The notes: generated by a model not told the origin, from the letters alone. 64,000 bases of DNA from Candidatus Onthoplasma sp. (GCA_965646995.1 CBFGBH010000007.1:4585-68584), one strand, 5' to 3'; counted from the stretch's first letter, positions 47,657 to 57,961 are shown. Numbers and translations are program-made.

Positions 47657-47678
47657 AGAGTGTAAAACTACACTCTTT
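47657..47678. terminator. Bidirectional terminator shared by acpS and ileS
   Basis: AGAGTGTA-loop-TACACTCT with A/T runs on both sides. It overlaps the last ileS codons. Confidence 0.6.
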
Positions 47679-50600
47679 TCATTTTTATTGTGACTTTTTC
47701 ATCTCCGATTTCAGTAGTTTGCTTGAATTCGGAATTGTCAAGTTTTTTGATTTCTTTTGCTAGCAACTCGGATTTGATTTTATCGCTAAATTTATTTAGT
47801 ATTTCAGTCAAATCATTTCCGTCAGTTATGAATTCAAGATAGATTCTATCTTCTACATTGAAGCCAGCATCTTTTCGCATTACTTGTGCCGAGCGGATTA
47901 GTTCACGAGCTAGTCCTTCTAGCATCAATTCACGATTGATAGTGACATCTAGTACTACAGTGATATCGCCCTCGCTCGCTATCACATATTCGCTCTTAGG
48001 TTTAGTAGCGATAGAGAATAGCTCACTAGGTAGACTCTTAAATTCACCCACGGTCACGAAGCCACTCTTATAACCTGCTACCATGAGACGCATCTCGTCA
48101 TCACTAGCACTTACTAGTAGATTCTTCACTTTCTGTACATCGCCTTTAAGCACCGCACCTGCACGCCTAAAGTCTAGCACTAGATATTCGTCATTGAAGA
48201 TTGAATTATCACTCTCCATTACAACATCTTTTATGTTAAGTTCACTCTCGATAATGTCACGATAGATTTTGACAGCACTAGCTACTTCGTCATTTCCATT
48301 GACATATAGAGTCTTGAGCGGTTGCTTTACTTTAATTTGATTTTCGTTTCTTAACTTACTTGCCATAGTGAATATATTTCTCACAATGTCAGTCTTTTTG
48401 GTTAATCCGGTGTCTTTTACTTTATATTCAGCGATTGTATAGCCATTTAGAGCGACACTTTCACTTGCATTTTTGTCCAATTCACGCACTGTATTTTGCC
48501 ACAAATATTCGCTTATGAAAGGAATGATAGGGAACATTACCATAGCGATATTTTTGATACAATAATTTAGGCAGAAATATGCATTCAATGTGTCAGTGTT
48601 ATTCTCACTCTTATAGAAACGCCTACGATTGTTACGAATATACCAGTTGGTAAGCTCGTCAACTAGCACTTCAAAATCTTTAGCGACAGTACCGAAATTT
48701 TCATGACTATATGCGTCGAACGAGTCACGAGTAAATTCGTTCACACGATTGATGAGCCACTTGTCCATAAAGGTAAGCTCACTCTCTTTAGGTGTGTAAC
48801 CTGTCAAATCAGGTTTGTCAATATATGCATAGGTATTTAGGAATATATAAGCATTCCATAGTCCTAACAATTTTCTCTTCACTTCGTCACAAGTATCACG
48901 ACCGAATTTTACATCATTCACGAGTGGAGTAGCGACGAAATTATATCGAATGACATCGGCACCAATCTCAGCGAATGCGGTATCTAACGGAATGTTATTC
49001 GGACTAGATTTAGATAATTTCTTTCCGTCCTGAGCGAGTAGCATTGGGGTAGTACCGATACGCTTGTATGGAGCTTTTCCAGTCAGCACCACACTCATGA
49101 CTAGTAGCGAGTAGAACCATAGTCTCACTTGCTCCTTTCCCTCTATTACACATTCGACAGGGAAGTTTTTATTGAAGAAATCTTTGTCAGAAAAATATTT
49201 TTTAGTACTAAATGGCGTGATACCGGCATCTAGCCAGCAGTCGCCGACATCTTTGATACGAGCAACTTTAGCACTGCAATGTGGACAATTAATCTTGATT
49301 TTATCGATATATGGTCTATGAATATGTGGCATAGCATCCACTTCCGCAGGACTAGATAGTTTCTTGAGTTCATCAATAGAGCCAACTACAGTCACATGTC
49401 CGCAATTCTCACAAGGGTAGAAAGGCAATGGTATTCCATAATATCTCGAGCGAGAGATAGCCCAATCGCCCATGTTATTGAGCCAGTCGAGCATACGCTT
49501 TTTCATGAAGTCAGGATTAAATTCGACATCATCTATAGCTTTAATCAACTGCGGACGAAGCTCATCCATCTTGATTACCCACTGGTCAACTAATCTAAAT
49601 AGTAGTGGATGCTTACATCTCCAGCAGTGCGGATAGCTGTGAGTATATTTGTGTATATAGTAGGTCTTATTTCGCTCTTTCATGAGTTCGAATACAAAAT
49701 CACGAGTCTCATCGGTATTCGCATTTCTTCCGGCGAATACACCAAAGTTTTTGTAATAATTACCTGCCTCGTCAATAGGGCAGATACTAGGTAACCCCAA
49801 TTTTTTGCCCAACTCAAAGTCCGCATCTCCACATCCCGGAGCAATATGGACAGCTCCAGTACCTTCATCTGCACTGACTTCATCCCAAGCGACTATCTTA
49901 TGCTCGAAGTTCTGTTCTTCTAGTTCAGGGAAACAGGTCTCATATGTTAAACCTACCAGCTTGCTTCCTTTCTTGGTTTCAAGTACACTTGCGACATCAT
50001 CTTTTAGTACTTTCATAGCATTCTTGCATACAATTACATTTCTATCACTTGATTTTAGTTTAACGATATTGTACTCGAGCTCAGGATTGACCGCAATCGC
50101 CACATTAGATGTCAGTGTCCATGGAGTAGTAGTCCAGACTAGCATATCGTTATTAGTATTCTTGATAGGACAACGGAAGAAGATAGCGAGACAGGTCACG
50201 CTCTTGTATGCGTCATCATCCGTCATCTCGTGGTCTGATATACTCGTTCCACAGCGAGTACACCAGCGCATGATACGATGACTATTTGCTATCCAGTTTT
50301 TTTCTTGACACTTCTTTAAGAAATGCCATATAGCAGTGATATTCTCGTCACTATTGGTATAATAACTATCATCCCAGTTCATCCATTGACCGAGACGAAT
50401 TGATGATTCAGTCTGAGAGGCAGAGTATTTGTCCACCGTCTCCATACATTTCTTCACGAATTTATCCATGCCATACGCTTCAATTTCGCGCTTACTATCC
50501 AGTCCCAGTTCGCCTTCGACTCTAAGCTCGACAGGCAAGCCATGTGCATCAAATCCGTTCTGATAATGCTGGTCGCATCCGCATAACGCATGGAATTTAA

Positions 50601-50805
50601 TCATCGCATCTTTGAATGTCCTACCATACGCATGGTGTAGCCCCATATTGTAGTTGGCAGTGATAGGACCATCTAGGGTAGCGAAATATTTACCAGTCTT
50701 TTTATTCTTGGTCTTTAATTTATTGAAAATATCATTTTCCTGCCAAAATTTCAGTACACCTTCTTCCATTTTGACATAATCTAGATTACCTTGTTCTTTC
50801 TTCAT
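47668..50805 (-). CDS. ileS: Isoleucine--tRNA ligase (long, 1045-aa form)
   Basis: LHHAYGRT (HIGH-type), KLSKSS (KMSKS-type), the CP1 editing region and Cys clusters. Confidence 0.95.
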   Translation of the reverse strand: MKKEQGNLDYVKMEEGVLKFWQENDIFNKLKTKNKKTGKYFATLDGPITANYNMGLHHAYGRTFKDAMIKFHALCGCDQHYQNGFDAHGLPVELRVEGELGLDSKREIEAYGMDKFVKKCMETVDKYSASQTESSIRLGQWMNWDDSYYTNSDENITAIWHFLKKCQEKNWIANSHRIMRWCTRCGTSISDHEMTDDDAYKSVTCLAIFFRCPIKNTNNDMLVWTTTPWTLTSNVAIAVNPELEYNIVKLKSSDRNVIVCKNAMKVLKDDVASVLETKKGSKLVGLTYETCFPELEEQNFEHKIVAWDEVSADEGTGAVHIAPGCGDADFELGKKLGLPSICPIDEAGNYYKNFGVFAGRNANTDETRDFVFELMKERNKTYYIHKYTHSYPHCWRCKHPLLFRLVDQWVIKMDELRPQLIKAIDDVEFNPDFMKKRMLDWLNNMGDWAISRSRYYGIPLPFYPCENCGHVTVVGSIDELKKLSSPAEVDAMPHIHRPYIDKIKINCPHCSAKVARIKDVGDCWLDAGITPFSTKKYFSDKDFFNKNFPVECVIEGKEQVRLWFYSLLVMSVVLTGKAPYKRIGTTPMLLAQDGKKLSKSSPNNIPLDTAFAEIGADVIRYNFVATPLVNDVKFGRDTCDEVKRKLLGLWNAYIFLNTYAYIDKPDLTGYTPKESELTFMDKWLINRVNEFTRDSFDAYSHENFGTVAKDFEVLVDELTNWYIRNNRRRFYKSENNTDTLNAYFCLNYCIKNIAMVMFPIIPFISEYLWQNTVRELDKNASESVALNGYTIAEYKVKDTGLTKKTDIVRNIFTMASKLRNENQIKVKQPLKTLYVNGNDEVASAVKIYRDIIESELNIKDVVMESDNSIFNDEYLVLDFRRAGAVLKGDVQKVKNLLVSASDDEMRLMVAGYKSGFVTVGEFKSLPSELFSIATKPKSEYVIASEGDITVVLDVTINRELMLEGLARELIRSAQVMRKDAGFNVEDRIYLEFITDGNDLTEILNKFSDKIKSELLAKEIKKLDNSEFKQTTEIGDEKVTIKMKRV

Positions 50806-50818
50806 GAATTCTCCTTTT

Positions 50819-50843
50819 AAAAAATGTCAGCGGAATGCTGACA
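50819..50843 (-). terminator. Leader terminator/attenuator abutting the ileS RBS
   Basis: Minus strand: TGTCAGC-ATTCC-GCTGACA followed by TTTTTT and directly by AAAAGGAG and ATG. Confidence 0.55.
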
Positions 50844-50933
50844 CACCTACAGCAAACACACTATCTACAGTTTGACAGGTAGAATGCAGTAGCAAATAAT
50901 GACTAATCCTAATATGAAACTAAACATACCTAT

Positions 50934-50962
50934 ATTATATATAAGCAAAGAGCATAAGTCAA
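50934..50962 (-). promoter_or_regulatory. ileS promoter
   Basis: Minus strand: TTGACT, 17 nt, TATAAT. Confidence 0.6.
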
Positions 50963-50967
50963 ATGAT

Positions 50968-51186
50968 TTAATATATATCTACTAAACCAACAATATAATC
51001 AGACGGAACATTATAGAATTTACAAATAGTCACCAAAACATCACAAGGTAAAATACGAGTACCTTTTTCGTAATAAAAATAAGTGCTTGGCGAAATATTA
51101 ATTAATTTTGTCAAACCTCTTATACTAAGTTTTTCTCTATTTCTTAGTTCTTTTAATCTTTTACTGATAATATTGCTCATAATCAT
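50968..51186 (-). CDS. XRE-family single-domain HTH protein (third of three tandem paralogues)
   Basis: KRLKELRNREKLSIRGLTKLINISPSTYFYYEKG...CDVLVTICKFYNVPSDYIVGL. Confidence 0.8.
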   Translation of the reverse strand: MIMSNIISKRLKELRNREKLSIRGLTKLINISPSTYFYYEKGTRILPCDVLVTICKFYNVPSDYIVGLVDIY

Positions 51187-51401
51187 TAATCAATATCTGA
51201 CAAACCCAAAAGATAATCTGCAGACACATTGAAATACTTACATATACTTATTAATATGTCAAAAGATGGTTTGCATTTGCCAGTTTCATAATTCGAGTAA
51301 GTTCCTGTACCAATATTTAATGCTTTTGCAACATCGCGAGTAGTAAGGTGTTTACTTACTCTTAAAGTTTTTAATTTTTCACTGATAGATTTTTCTTTCA
51401 T
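51186..51401 (-). CDS. XRE-family single-domain HTH protein (second of three)
   Basis: KLKTLRVSKHLTTRDVAKALNIGTGTYSNYETG...ISICKYFNVSADYLLGL. The stop overlaps the next start (TAATG). Confidence 0.8.
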   Translation of the reverse strand: MKEKSISEKLKTLRVSKHLTTRDVAKALNIGTGTYSNYETGKCKPSFDILISICKYFNVSADYLLGLSDID

Positions 51402-51420
51402 AAGTTTAATACCATATCAT

Positions 51421-51621
51421 TTAAATAAAATCTACGAGTCCTAAAAGGTAATCTGCCGAAGTATTAAATAATTTACAAATATTATATAAGACATCACAAG
51501 GCATTTTACTTATTCCTCTTTCATAATTGTTATAAGTGTCTTTTGTAAGATTTAATAGTTTTGCCATTTCTCTAATACTTAATTTTTTGTTCTTTCTTAG
51601 TTCCTTTAATCTTTCATTCAT
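51421..51621 (-). CDS. XRE-family single-domain HTH protein (first of three)
   Basis: RLKELRKNKKLSIREMAKLLNLTKDTYNNYERG...YNICKLFNTSADYLLGL. Confidence 0.8.
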   Translation of the reverse strand: MNERLKELRKNKKLSIREMAKLLNLTKDTYNNYERGISKMPCDVLYNICKLFNTSADYLLGLVDFI

Positions 51622-51747
51622 ATAATAATTCTAGCATAATAAATAAAATTTTAAATAATGTATAATATTTTATGACAAAACTGTTGACAAATATCAATTT
51701 AAATGCAATAATGAAAATGTCTAAATATTTATGACAAAGGAGTATTT

Positions 51748-52029
51748 ATGAAATTAGAAAGTGTATTTGAAATTTGCATGAACTCAGGTATGTTGAGTTT
51801 GGACTGGGATGAAAAGGAATCTATTCATTTATCAGAGCTAAACGAAAGGGAGAAGCTTTTACTTGATAGTCTAGATGATGAGCAGAAAAAACTATTTCGA
51901 TCTTTCAGATATGATTTAGTCTGGCATATGTTCAGTGTGAGAGACGAAGAGTGTATGGACACCTTTCGCTTAGGTTTCAGAATCGGTAAAGAATTGCAAA
52001 AAGCAGATGACGAAGAAGAGATGATTTAG
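51748..52029 (+). CDS. Small acidic hypothetical protein divergent from the XRE array
   Basis: AAGGAG RBS, 93 aa, no motif recognised. Its 3' end overlaps the ung stop by 4 nt (convergent). Confidence 0.55.
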   Translation: MKLESVFEICMNSGMLSLDWDEKESIHLSELNEREKLLLDSLDDEQKKLFRSFRYDLVWHMFSVRDEECMDTFRLGFRIGKELQKADDEEEMI

Positions 52030-52688
52030 ATTTTCCAATCAATCGGCTCGATACCATGTGCCGATAGAAATTCATTACATTTAGAGAAGTGTCTGCATCC
52101 GAAGAACTTGCTAGCTGAGAATGGGCTAGGGTGGGCGGACTGTAGTACCAAATGATTAGGGTTAGTTAGTAGTGGCAAGAATGACTTAGCATGATTGCCC
52201 CATAGCATGAATACGATAGGTTGATTTTGTTCGTTTAGTATTTTGATTATCTCACGAGTGAAGGTGTGCCAACGCTCGTTACTGTGGCTGGCAGGGAGAT
52301 GCTCGATTACCGTCAGACTGGTGTTTAAGAGTATCACGCCCTGCTTAGCCCAAGCGGTCAAATCGGTCGACTCGCTCATTTCGATTCCAAGGTCGGAATG
52401 AATCTCTTTGAAGATATTTTTTAGACTTGGTTGTGGTGTGCCGTTATGACAGCTAAAGGCTAATCCGTCCGCCTGACCTTTCGTGTGATATGGGTCTTGT
52501 CCTATTATCACAACTTTCACATTTTTGATAGGTACAGCATTCAGTGCATTAAAGATTTTTTCTTTCGGTGGAAAGATTGTTTTTGTCGCATATTCGCTTT
52601 CGAGCCAGGAGAAAAGTTCACGCTTGTATTCAATAGGAAAGCGGTCTTTTAACATTGCGCTCCAGTCATCATTAAGTACATAATTCAT
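52026..52688 (-). CDS. ung: Uracil-DNA glycosylase
   Basis: VVIIGQDPYH, GQADGLAFS and HPSPFSA motifs. Confidence 0.95.
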   Translation of the reverse strand: MNYVLNDDWSAMLKDRFPIEYKRELFSWLESEYATKTIFPPKEKIFNALNAVPIKNVKVVIIGQDPYHTKGQADGLAFSCHNGTPQPSLKNIFKEIHSDLGIEMSESTDLTAWAKQGVILLNTSLTVIEHLPASHSNERWHTFTREIIKILNEQNQPIVFMLWGNHAKSFLPLLTNPNHLVLQSAHPSPFSASKFFGCRHFSKCNEFLSAHGIEPIDWKI

Positions 52689-52852
52689 ACAAATATTATA
52701 ACAAAATTCTACAGATAAGTAAATTATTATATTACTTATTTTTTGGATGCTGTATAAGAAATTTTTTTACATGTCGTTACTTAATCATGCTTGACATAAA
52801 AATTTTCAAAGAATCAATTTATGTTGAAAAATTAAAAAAATAATAAAAAACG

Positions 52853-54127
52853 CTAATTTTTAGCGAGTTTTATATGTTTTTTTATCAAATTTAGACAATT
52901 TTCTGCTTTTTTTCTATCCTTATGTTCTACCATAATGCGTAGTACAGGCTCTGTGCCACTAGGTCGGATTATTATTCTGAAATTTTCTTTTTCGTATTTT
53001 TTTATTAAATTTTTTAGTTCATTTGTTAGCTCAAATTCACTCTCTAGTTTAATATTTTCCATTAGTCTATGATAGTCGGTATAATCGTCTAATAATTCAT
53101 CTAGATTCTTTTTGGTGGCTTGCATTATATTCATTATAATGATAGAGACGAGTAGTCCGTCTCCGGTATTAGTATATTTTTTTATTACGATATGCCCCGA
53201 GCTTTCTCCGCCTATACTAGCGTTTTCTTCTTTCATTTTTAGTAGGACATTTTTGTCTCCGACAGTCGCACGCACGAGTGTGATATTATTTTTTGCTAGA
53301 GCCTTTTCGATGGCAGTATTAGTATAAATCGTGCCCACGATTTTGTCTTTAGAATTGAGATAATATTTAGATAAAATATACAATAACTTATCTCCATTTA
53401 TTATTTGTCCAGACTCACTTATCATATGGACTCTATCGCCGTCTCCGTCTAGGCTGACAGCTATTGTTTTCGACTTAATACACATTAGTCGGAGTAGTTC
53501 GATATTCGTACAACCGCAGTTTCTATTTATATTCGTGCCATCAGGTTTTGAGTAAATTAAATTAGCATTTTTAAATACTAATTTTGCTATCTCACTCGTG
53601 CCACCATTCGCGCAATCTATGATACAATGTTGACTGCATTTTTTGATACTTTTTATATATTCTATATACGAATTAATGAGAGTGTGTTTGTCTAATAGTC
53701 TAACATAATTAGCATTATGTTTTTCTCTCGCATTAGAGATTAAATTTGATAATTCTTCTTCTGATTCAAAAGAGATTTTTTCGCCCTTAGCATTGAAAAA
53801 CTTTATCCCATTATATTCGCTTGGATTGTGTGATGCGGATATCATCATTCCTAGCGGATAGTTGAATTTTCTAGTGAGATAGGCGAGAGCAGGGCTAGAG
53901 CAAATACCTACATTATGTATTTCAATTCCGTGCTTTAGTAGTACACTAGCGCAAATATTTAGTATATAGTCACTACTGATTCTTGAATCATTGCCTACGA
54001 TTAATAAAGGCTTTAGATTATGTATTTGATAGAATGAGACGAGTGCTTTGGCAACTTTTAAAATTAATTTTTTATCTAAACCATTATCGATTACACCTCT
54101 AATGCCGTCAGTACCGAAATATTTCAT
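52853..54127 (-). CDS. glmM: Phosphoglucosamine mutase
   Basis: YFGTDGIRG, ISASHNPSEYNGIKFF, DGDGDR and GGESSGH. Confidence 0.9.
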   Translation of the reverse strand: MKYFGTDGIRGVIDNGLDKKLILKVAKALVSFYQIHNLKPLLIVGNDSRISSDYILNICASVLLKHGIEIHNVGICSSPALAYLTRKFNYPLGMMISASHNPSEYNGIKFFNAKGEKISFESEEELSNLISNAREKHNANYVRLLDKHTLINSYIEYIKSIKKCSQHCIIDCANGGTSEIAKLVFKNANLIYSKPDGTNINRNCGCTNIELLRLMCIKSKTIAVSLDGDGDRVHMISESGQIINGDKLLYILSKYYLNSKDKIVGTIYTNTAIEKALAKNNITLVRATVGDKNVLLKMKEENASIGGESSGHIVIKKYTNTGDGLLVSIIIMNIMQATKKNLDELLDDYTDYHRLMENIKLESEFELTNELKNLIKKYEKENFRIIIRPSGTEPVLRIMVEHKDRKKAENCLNLIKKHIKLAKN

Positions 54128-54382
54128 ATATGTTCATATGTGAATATTGTATTTTTTGTGATACCACTATAATAATATACCTTATATATTATATATTAGT
54201 AGAAATATCAGACTAGATTTGTGTTTTTAATGCTTCGGTTGTTTATGTAGTCAAGATGTTTACTCAAATTTACTACGCTCAATGAATATTTCTTTTTCAA
54301 ACCGATTTATTAAAAGACTGACAAAATCAGCCAGAATTTTAGTTGCATTTTTTATAATCATATCTTAGAATATTATAGAAAC

Positions 54383-55183
54383 ATGTATACAGTTCCGCCC
54401 AAGAGTTTTTTTATAGGTAGCTTAGAGATTAGCTTTTACGGCATAATCATGGCTGTTTCTATGTTCGTTGGAGTAATACTGGCGTGCAAGCTAGCCAAGA
54501 AGCGTGGTATCAAGAGTGATGATATTCTATTGCTTGCGCTTATTGTTCTACCATTTGCAGTGCTGGGAGCGAGAATATATTATTGTCTATTCCACAACGC
54601 TGATTATACTTTTTTGGATTTCTTTAATATCAAAAAAGGCGGTCTAGCAGTCCTAGGCGGTGTGATAGGTGGCGTGATAGGTATACTTATATTCGCACTT
54701 ATTAAGAAGAATTTTAGAATCATCATTGATTTACTAGATATATGTGCTCCATGTCTTATCTTGGGTCAGGGGATAGGTAGAATTGGCTGTTTCTTCTCGC
54801 AATGTTGTTACGGAGTAGAAGTGACTAATCCGAATCTACAATGGTTCCCATTCTCTGTGCTTATTGAGAGTTATGAAGGTTCAGGCGTTTATACATGGCA
54901 TTTGGCGACACAGTTGTATGAAAGTCTCTGGAATTTCGTAGGAGTCGCTCTACTACTTTTGGTGTATTTCCGTTCGGATACGAAGTCTGACACTGTGGCG
55001 AGTTATCTACTATGGTATGGAGTAGGTAGGACTATTATAGAGGGTTTTAGGGGAGATTCTTTATTCTTAGGCTCTAGTAGTATTCGAGTATCGCAAGCTT
55101 TAAGTATTATTTTGGTTATACTAGGTACAATTATCATAGTTTATAATTTTATTAGGAAGAAAAAGAATGGGCAAAAAATCTAA
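54383..55183 (+). CDS. lgt: Prolipoprotein diacylglyceryl transferase
   Basis: ISFYGIIMA, GARIYY, GGLAVLGGVIGG and GQGIGRIGCFF..CCYG. Confidence 0.9.
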   Translation: MYTVPPKSFFIGSLEISFYGIIMAVSMFVGVILACKLAKKRGIKSDDILLLALIVLPFAVLGARIYYCLFHNADYTFLDFFNIKKGGLAVLGGVIGGVIGILIFALIKKNFRIIIDLLDICAPCLILGQGIGRIGCFFSQCCYGVEVTNPNLQWFPFSVLIESYEGSGVYTWHLATQLYESLWNFVGVALLLLVYFRSDTKSDTVASYLLWYGVGRTIIEGFRGDSLFLGSSSIRVSQALSIILVILGTIIIVYNFIRKKKNGQKI

Positions 55184-55664
55184 AATACTCTATATCTCAG
55201 TGTTGTTAGTCAATTTAGTATGTTTTATACTGGATCTTTTGCCTATCAATTTTCCGTTCTTTCGAATCAGTTTCGCCGTTTCATTAATGCTAATAGGTGT
55301 ATTACTGATTGTTCGAGCTTTTTCATTGAAAATCGACAGCAGTATGTTTTTCGGCATTACATTATTGCTTTGCGGAGTGCTGAATTTTGTGCTATACTTT
55401 GTTCAGACTAGATTAGGCGTGGATGCCAATCAATTCTGGCCGTACTATCTGCTAGCTCTATCATTTGCGAGTTTCTTTACAGGAATTTACTTTAAGGATA
55501 AATTGCAGTTTAAATTATGTGTTTTATTTTTAGGATTTGGTCTAATAATATTATTATTCGTACAGAATCTGATTGTATTATGGCTCATGATAGTACTTTT
55601 GGTAGTATGGTTTATACTATATTTCACAATAAATATCATTATGAATAAAAAAAGGAGAAAATAA
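55167..55664 (+). CDS. Polytopic membrane protein
   Basis: 165 aa with about 5 TM segments. Overlaps lgt by 17 nt and the next gene by 1 nt. Confidence 0.6.
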   Translation: MGKKSKILYISVLLVNLVCFILDLLPINFPFFRISFAVSLMLIGVLLIVRAFSLKIDSSMFFGITLLLCGVLNFVLYFVQTRLGVDANQFWPYYLLALSFASFFTGIYFKDKLQFKLCVLFLGFGLIILLFVQNLIVLWLMIVLLVVWFILYFTINIIMNKKRRK

Positions 55665-56275
55665 TGGACAAGAGAGAGAACGAGTTGCAAGCAGAGATTG
55701 CTAGACTTAGAGCAAAGGTGACCGAGCAAAAAGATACTATTTCAGCCCTGCATGTAACTATTGAAGATTACAAACAAAAAGAGCAATCAATATCTAGTGC
55801 CATTATAGCCAGCATGGAGCATGCTAATCAACTTGAAGCTAGCAGGAAGAAACTATATTCGCTTGATATTCAACGCAGTAGATTGATGTATCTTAGAATG
55901 GAGCAGATAATCAATGAATTGTACGCTAAATATCCGGAATTAACTAAAGATGTAGAACTAAAAGAGATGAGTGAACGTTTCAGGTCTATGGTATATGAAG
56001 GTCTAAAAGAGAAGAGCGCAAATTCGCTATCGTTTGATGTGAAGAAGGCTCCTGTAGTGGATGATCCAATCAAGAAACTATTACACAATATCATAGATTG
56101 TTTTGATAGCAAGAAAGTAAATGGCGGAGATTTAAAACGGGGTGGTCCTAGTGACGATTTAATCAACAATGCTTCAAAAAGTGGGTTTGATTTTAATGAG
56201 GCACTGCATCCTACTATGGGACTCGAAGAAATAATGAAAGTGTTTAATCTCGGAAATAAAGAAAGTCATAATTAA
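55664..56275 (+). CDS. Coiled-coil protein, weakly DivIVA-like
   Basis: An N-terminal heptad region, then YKQKEQSISSAIIASMEHANQLEA, which resembles the DivIVA central motif. The call is weak. Confidence 0.35.
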   Translation: MDKRENELQAEIARLRAKVTEQKDTISALHVTIEDYKQKEQSISSAIIASMEHANQLEASRKKLYSLDIQRSRLMYLRMEQIINELYAKYPELTKDVELKEMSERFRSMVYEGLKEKSANSLSFDVKKAPVVDDPIKKLLHNIIDCFDSKKVNGGDLKRGGPSDDLINNASKSGFDFNEALHPTMGLEEIMKVFNLGNKESHN

Positions 56276-56363
56276 ATGTTGGTGTATTCGCATCAACTTT
56301 TTTTATTTACTAGGTCATAATCTCTATCTTTTTCACATAATGTAGACTAGATTGGAGGAAATA

Positions 56364-57842
56364 ATGGACAAAAATTCTAGCATCTACACAGATATAGCTC
56401 GTCGTACCAATGGAGATGTGTATATCGGTGTGGTTGGGCCTGTGAGATGTGGGAAATCCACATTTATACAAAAATTTATACAAAATTTCGTCTTAAGCAA
56501 CATCACTAATAAACACGATAGGGAGCGTGCTAATGATGAATTACCGCAAGCCAGTGCAGGTAATATGGTTATGACTACAAAACCACAATTCGTACCTAAC
56601 GAAGCGGTCAAGATGAAAATCGGTGCAACCACCATGTCAGTACGACTGATTGATTGTGTAGGCTATATGGTGGATGGTGCAGTTGGGGCGTTTGATGGCG
56701 ATAAGCCAAGACTAGTAAAAACTCCTTGGAGTGATGAAGCTATACCTTTCACTCAGGCGGCGGTTATTGGTACAGAAAAAGTGATTAATGATCATTCGAC
56801 CATCGCAATAGCGGTGACAACAGATGGCAGTATTGGAGAAATTACGAGAAAGGACTATGTAGAGGCAGAAGAGCGAACAGTGAGTCAATTAAAAGCTACT
56901 GGTAAACCTTTCGTTATATTACTTAATACTACTACTCCTACTGATATGAAGACGGTAGAATTAGCAAAAAATTTGACTGAAAAATACGATTCAAGTGTAA
57001 TACCTATTAATATTAATGAATTAAAAAAGGAAGATGTGGACAATATCATGACTGAGATTTTAAAAGAATTTCCAATAGAAGTAGTTAACATCCGTATGCC
57101 AAGATGGTTGAAGCCATTACCAATAGATAATCCTACCGTGCGTGAAGTATTAGATTCAGTAAGCGAGGCGATAGGAGATGCAGGTAGAATAGGAGATTTC
57201 AATACAAATAAAGTACTTTTTGAGAGTAGTGAAAACTTTGACCCAATTCTCACTAGCAATATTGAGATGGGTTTAGGTGCGGTTACTTTTGATGTAGTAG
57301 CGAAAGAAGGCTTGTTTTATCGCGTACTTAGCGAGCAATGTGGCACTGAGATAAAGGACGACTACGAACTCGTGAATTCACTTAAGGATTTGACCAATGC
57401 GAAGCGTAAATATGATAAGATAGCATCGGCGCTTGCTGAGGTTGATGAGACAGGATATGGTATCGTTATCCCTACGCTCGATGAGATGGAATTAAAAGAG
57501 CCAGAGATAGTACATCAGGGCGGTAGATGTGGTGTGAAATTAAAGGCACAAGCACCTAGTCTTCATATCATGAAAGTCAATGTAGAGACAGAGGTTAGTC
57601 CAATCATGGGTGGATACGAACAGAGCGAAGATTTGGCAAAATATTTGCTCCAAGAGTTTGAAAATAATCCGCAAGGAATTTGGCAGACTAATATGTTCGG
57701 AAAATCTTTAGAGAGTTTGGTTAATGAAGGCTTGAATAATAAACTCACATCTATGCCAGTCAATCTTCAAAATAAATTAAGGAAAACACTTTCTCGTATT
57801 GTGAATGAAGGTAAGGGCGGTATTCTCTGTATATTATTATAA
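56364..57842 (+). CDS. spoIVA: Stage IV sporulation protein A (spore-coat basement-layer ATPase)
   Basis: IYTDIARRTNGDVYIGVVGPVRCGKSTFIQKF Walker A N-terminus, about 490 aa, C-terminus ...GKGGILCILL. Start taken at ATG 56364 after GGAGG. Confidence 0.9.
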   Translation: MDKNSSIYTDIARRTNGDVYIGVVGPVRCGKSTFIQKFIQNFVLSNITNKHDRERANDELPQASAGNMVMTTKPQFVPNEAVKMKIGATTMSVRLIDCVGYMVDGAVGAFDGDKPRLVKTPWSDEAIPFTQAAVIGTEKVINDHSTIAIAVTTDGSIGEITRKDYVEAEERTVSQLKATGKPFVILLNTTTPTDMKTVELAKNLTEKYDSSVIPININELKKEDVDNIMTEILKEFPIEVVNIRMPRWLKPLPIDNPTVREVLDSVSEAIGDAGRIGDFNTNKVLFESSENFDPILTSNIEMGLGAVTFDVVAKEGLFYRVLSEQCGTEIKDDYELVNSLKDLTNAKRKYDKIASALAEVDETGYGIVIPTLDEMELKEPEIVHQGGRCGVKLKAQAPSLHIMKVNVETEVSPIMGGYEQSEDLAKYLLQEFENNPQGIWQTNMFGKSLESLVNEGLNNKLTSMPVNLQNKLRKTLSRIVNEGKGGILCILL

Positions 57843-57961
57843 ATTTGTAGAAATTTGTAAAAAAACTTATTAAAATCATTTGTATTTATAAAATCATTGT
57901 GATAAAATAATCCCATAAAGTAAAAGTGTAGATCGCACTTTTAACTAAGGGGGATTTTTTT

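Noticed and set aside
50968-52029. Triple XRE cluster interpreted as a prophage immunity region or mobile element.
   Set aside because: No integrase, recombinase, terminase, att-like repeats or tRNA target are adjacent. The flanks are ileS and ung. It is kept as a finding but not called a mobile element.
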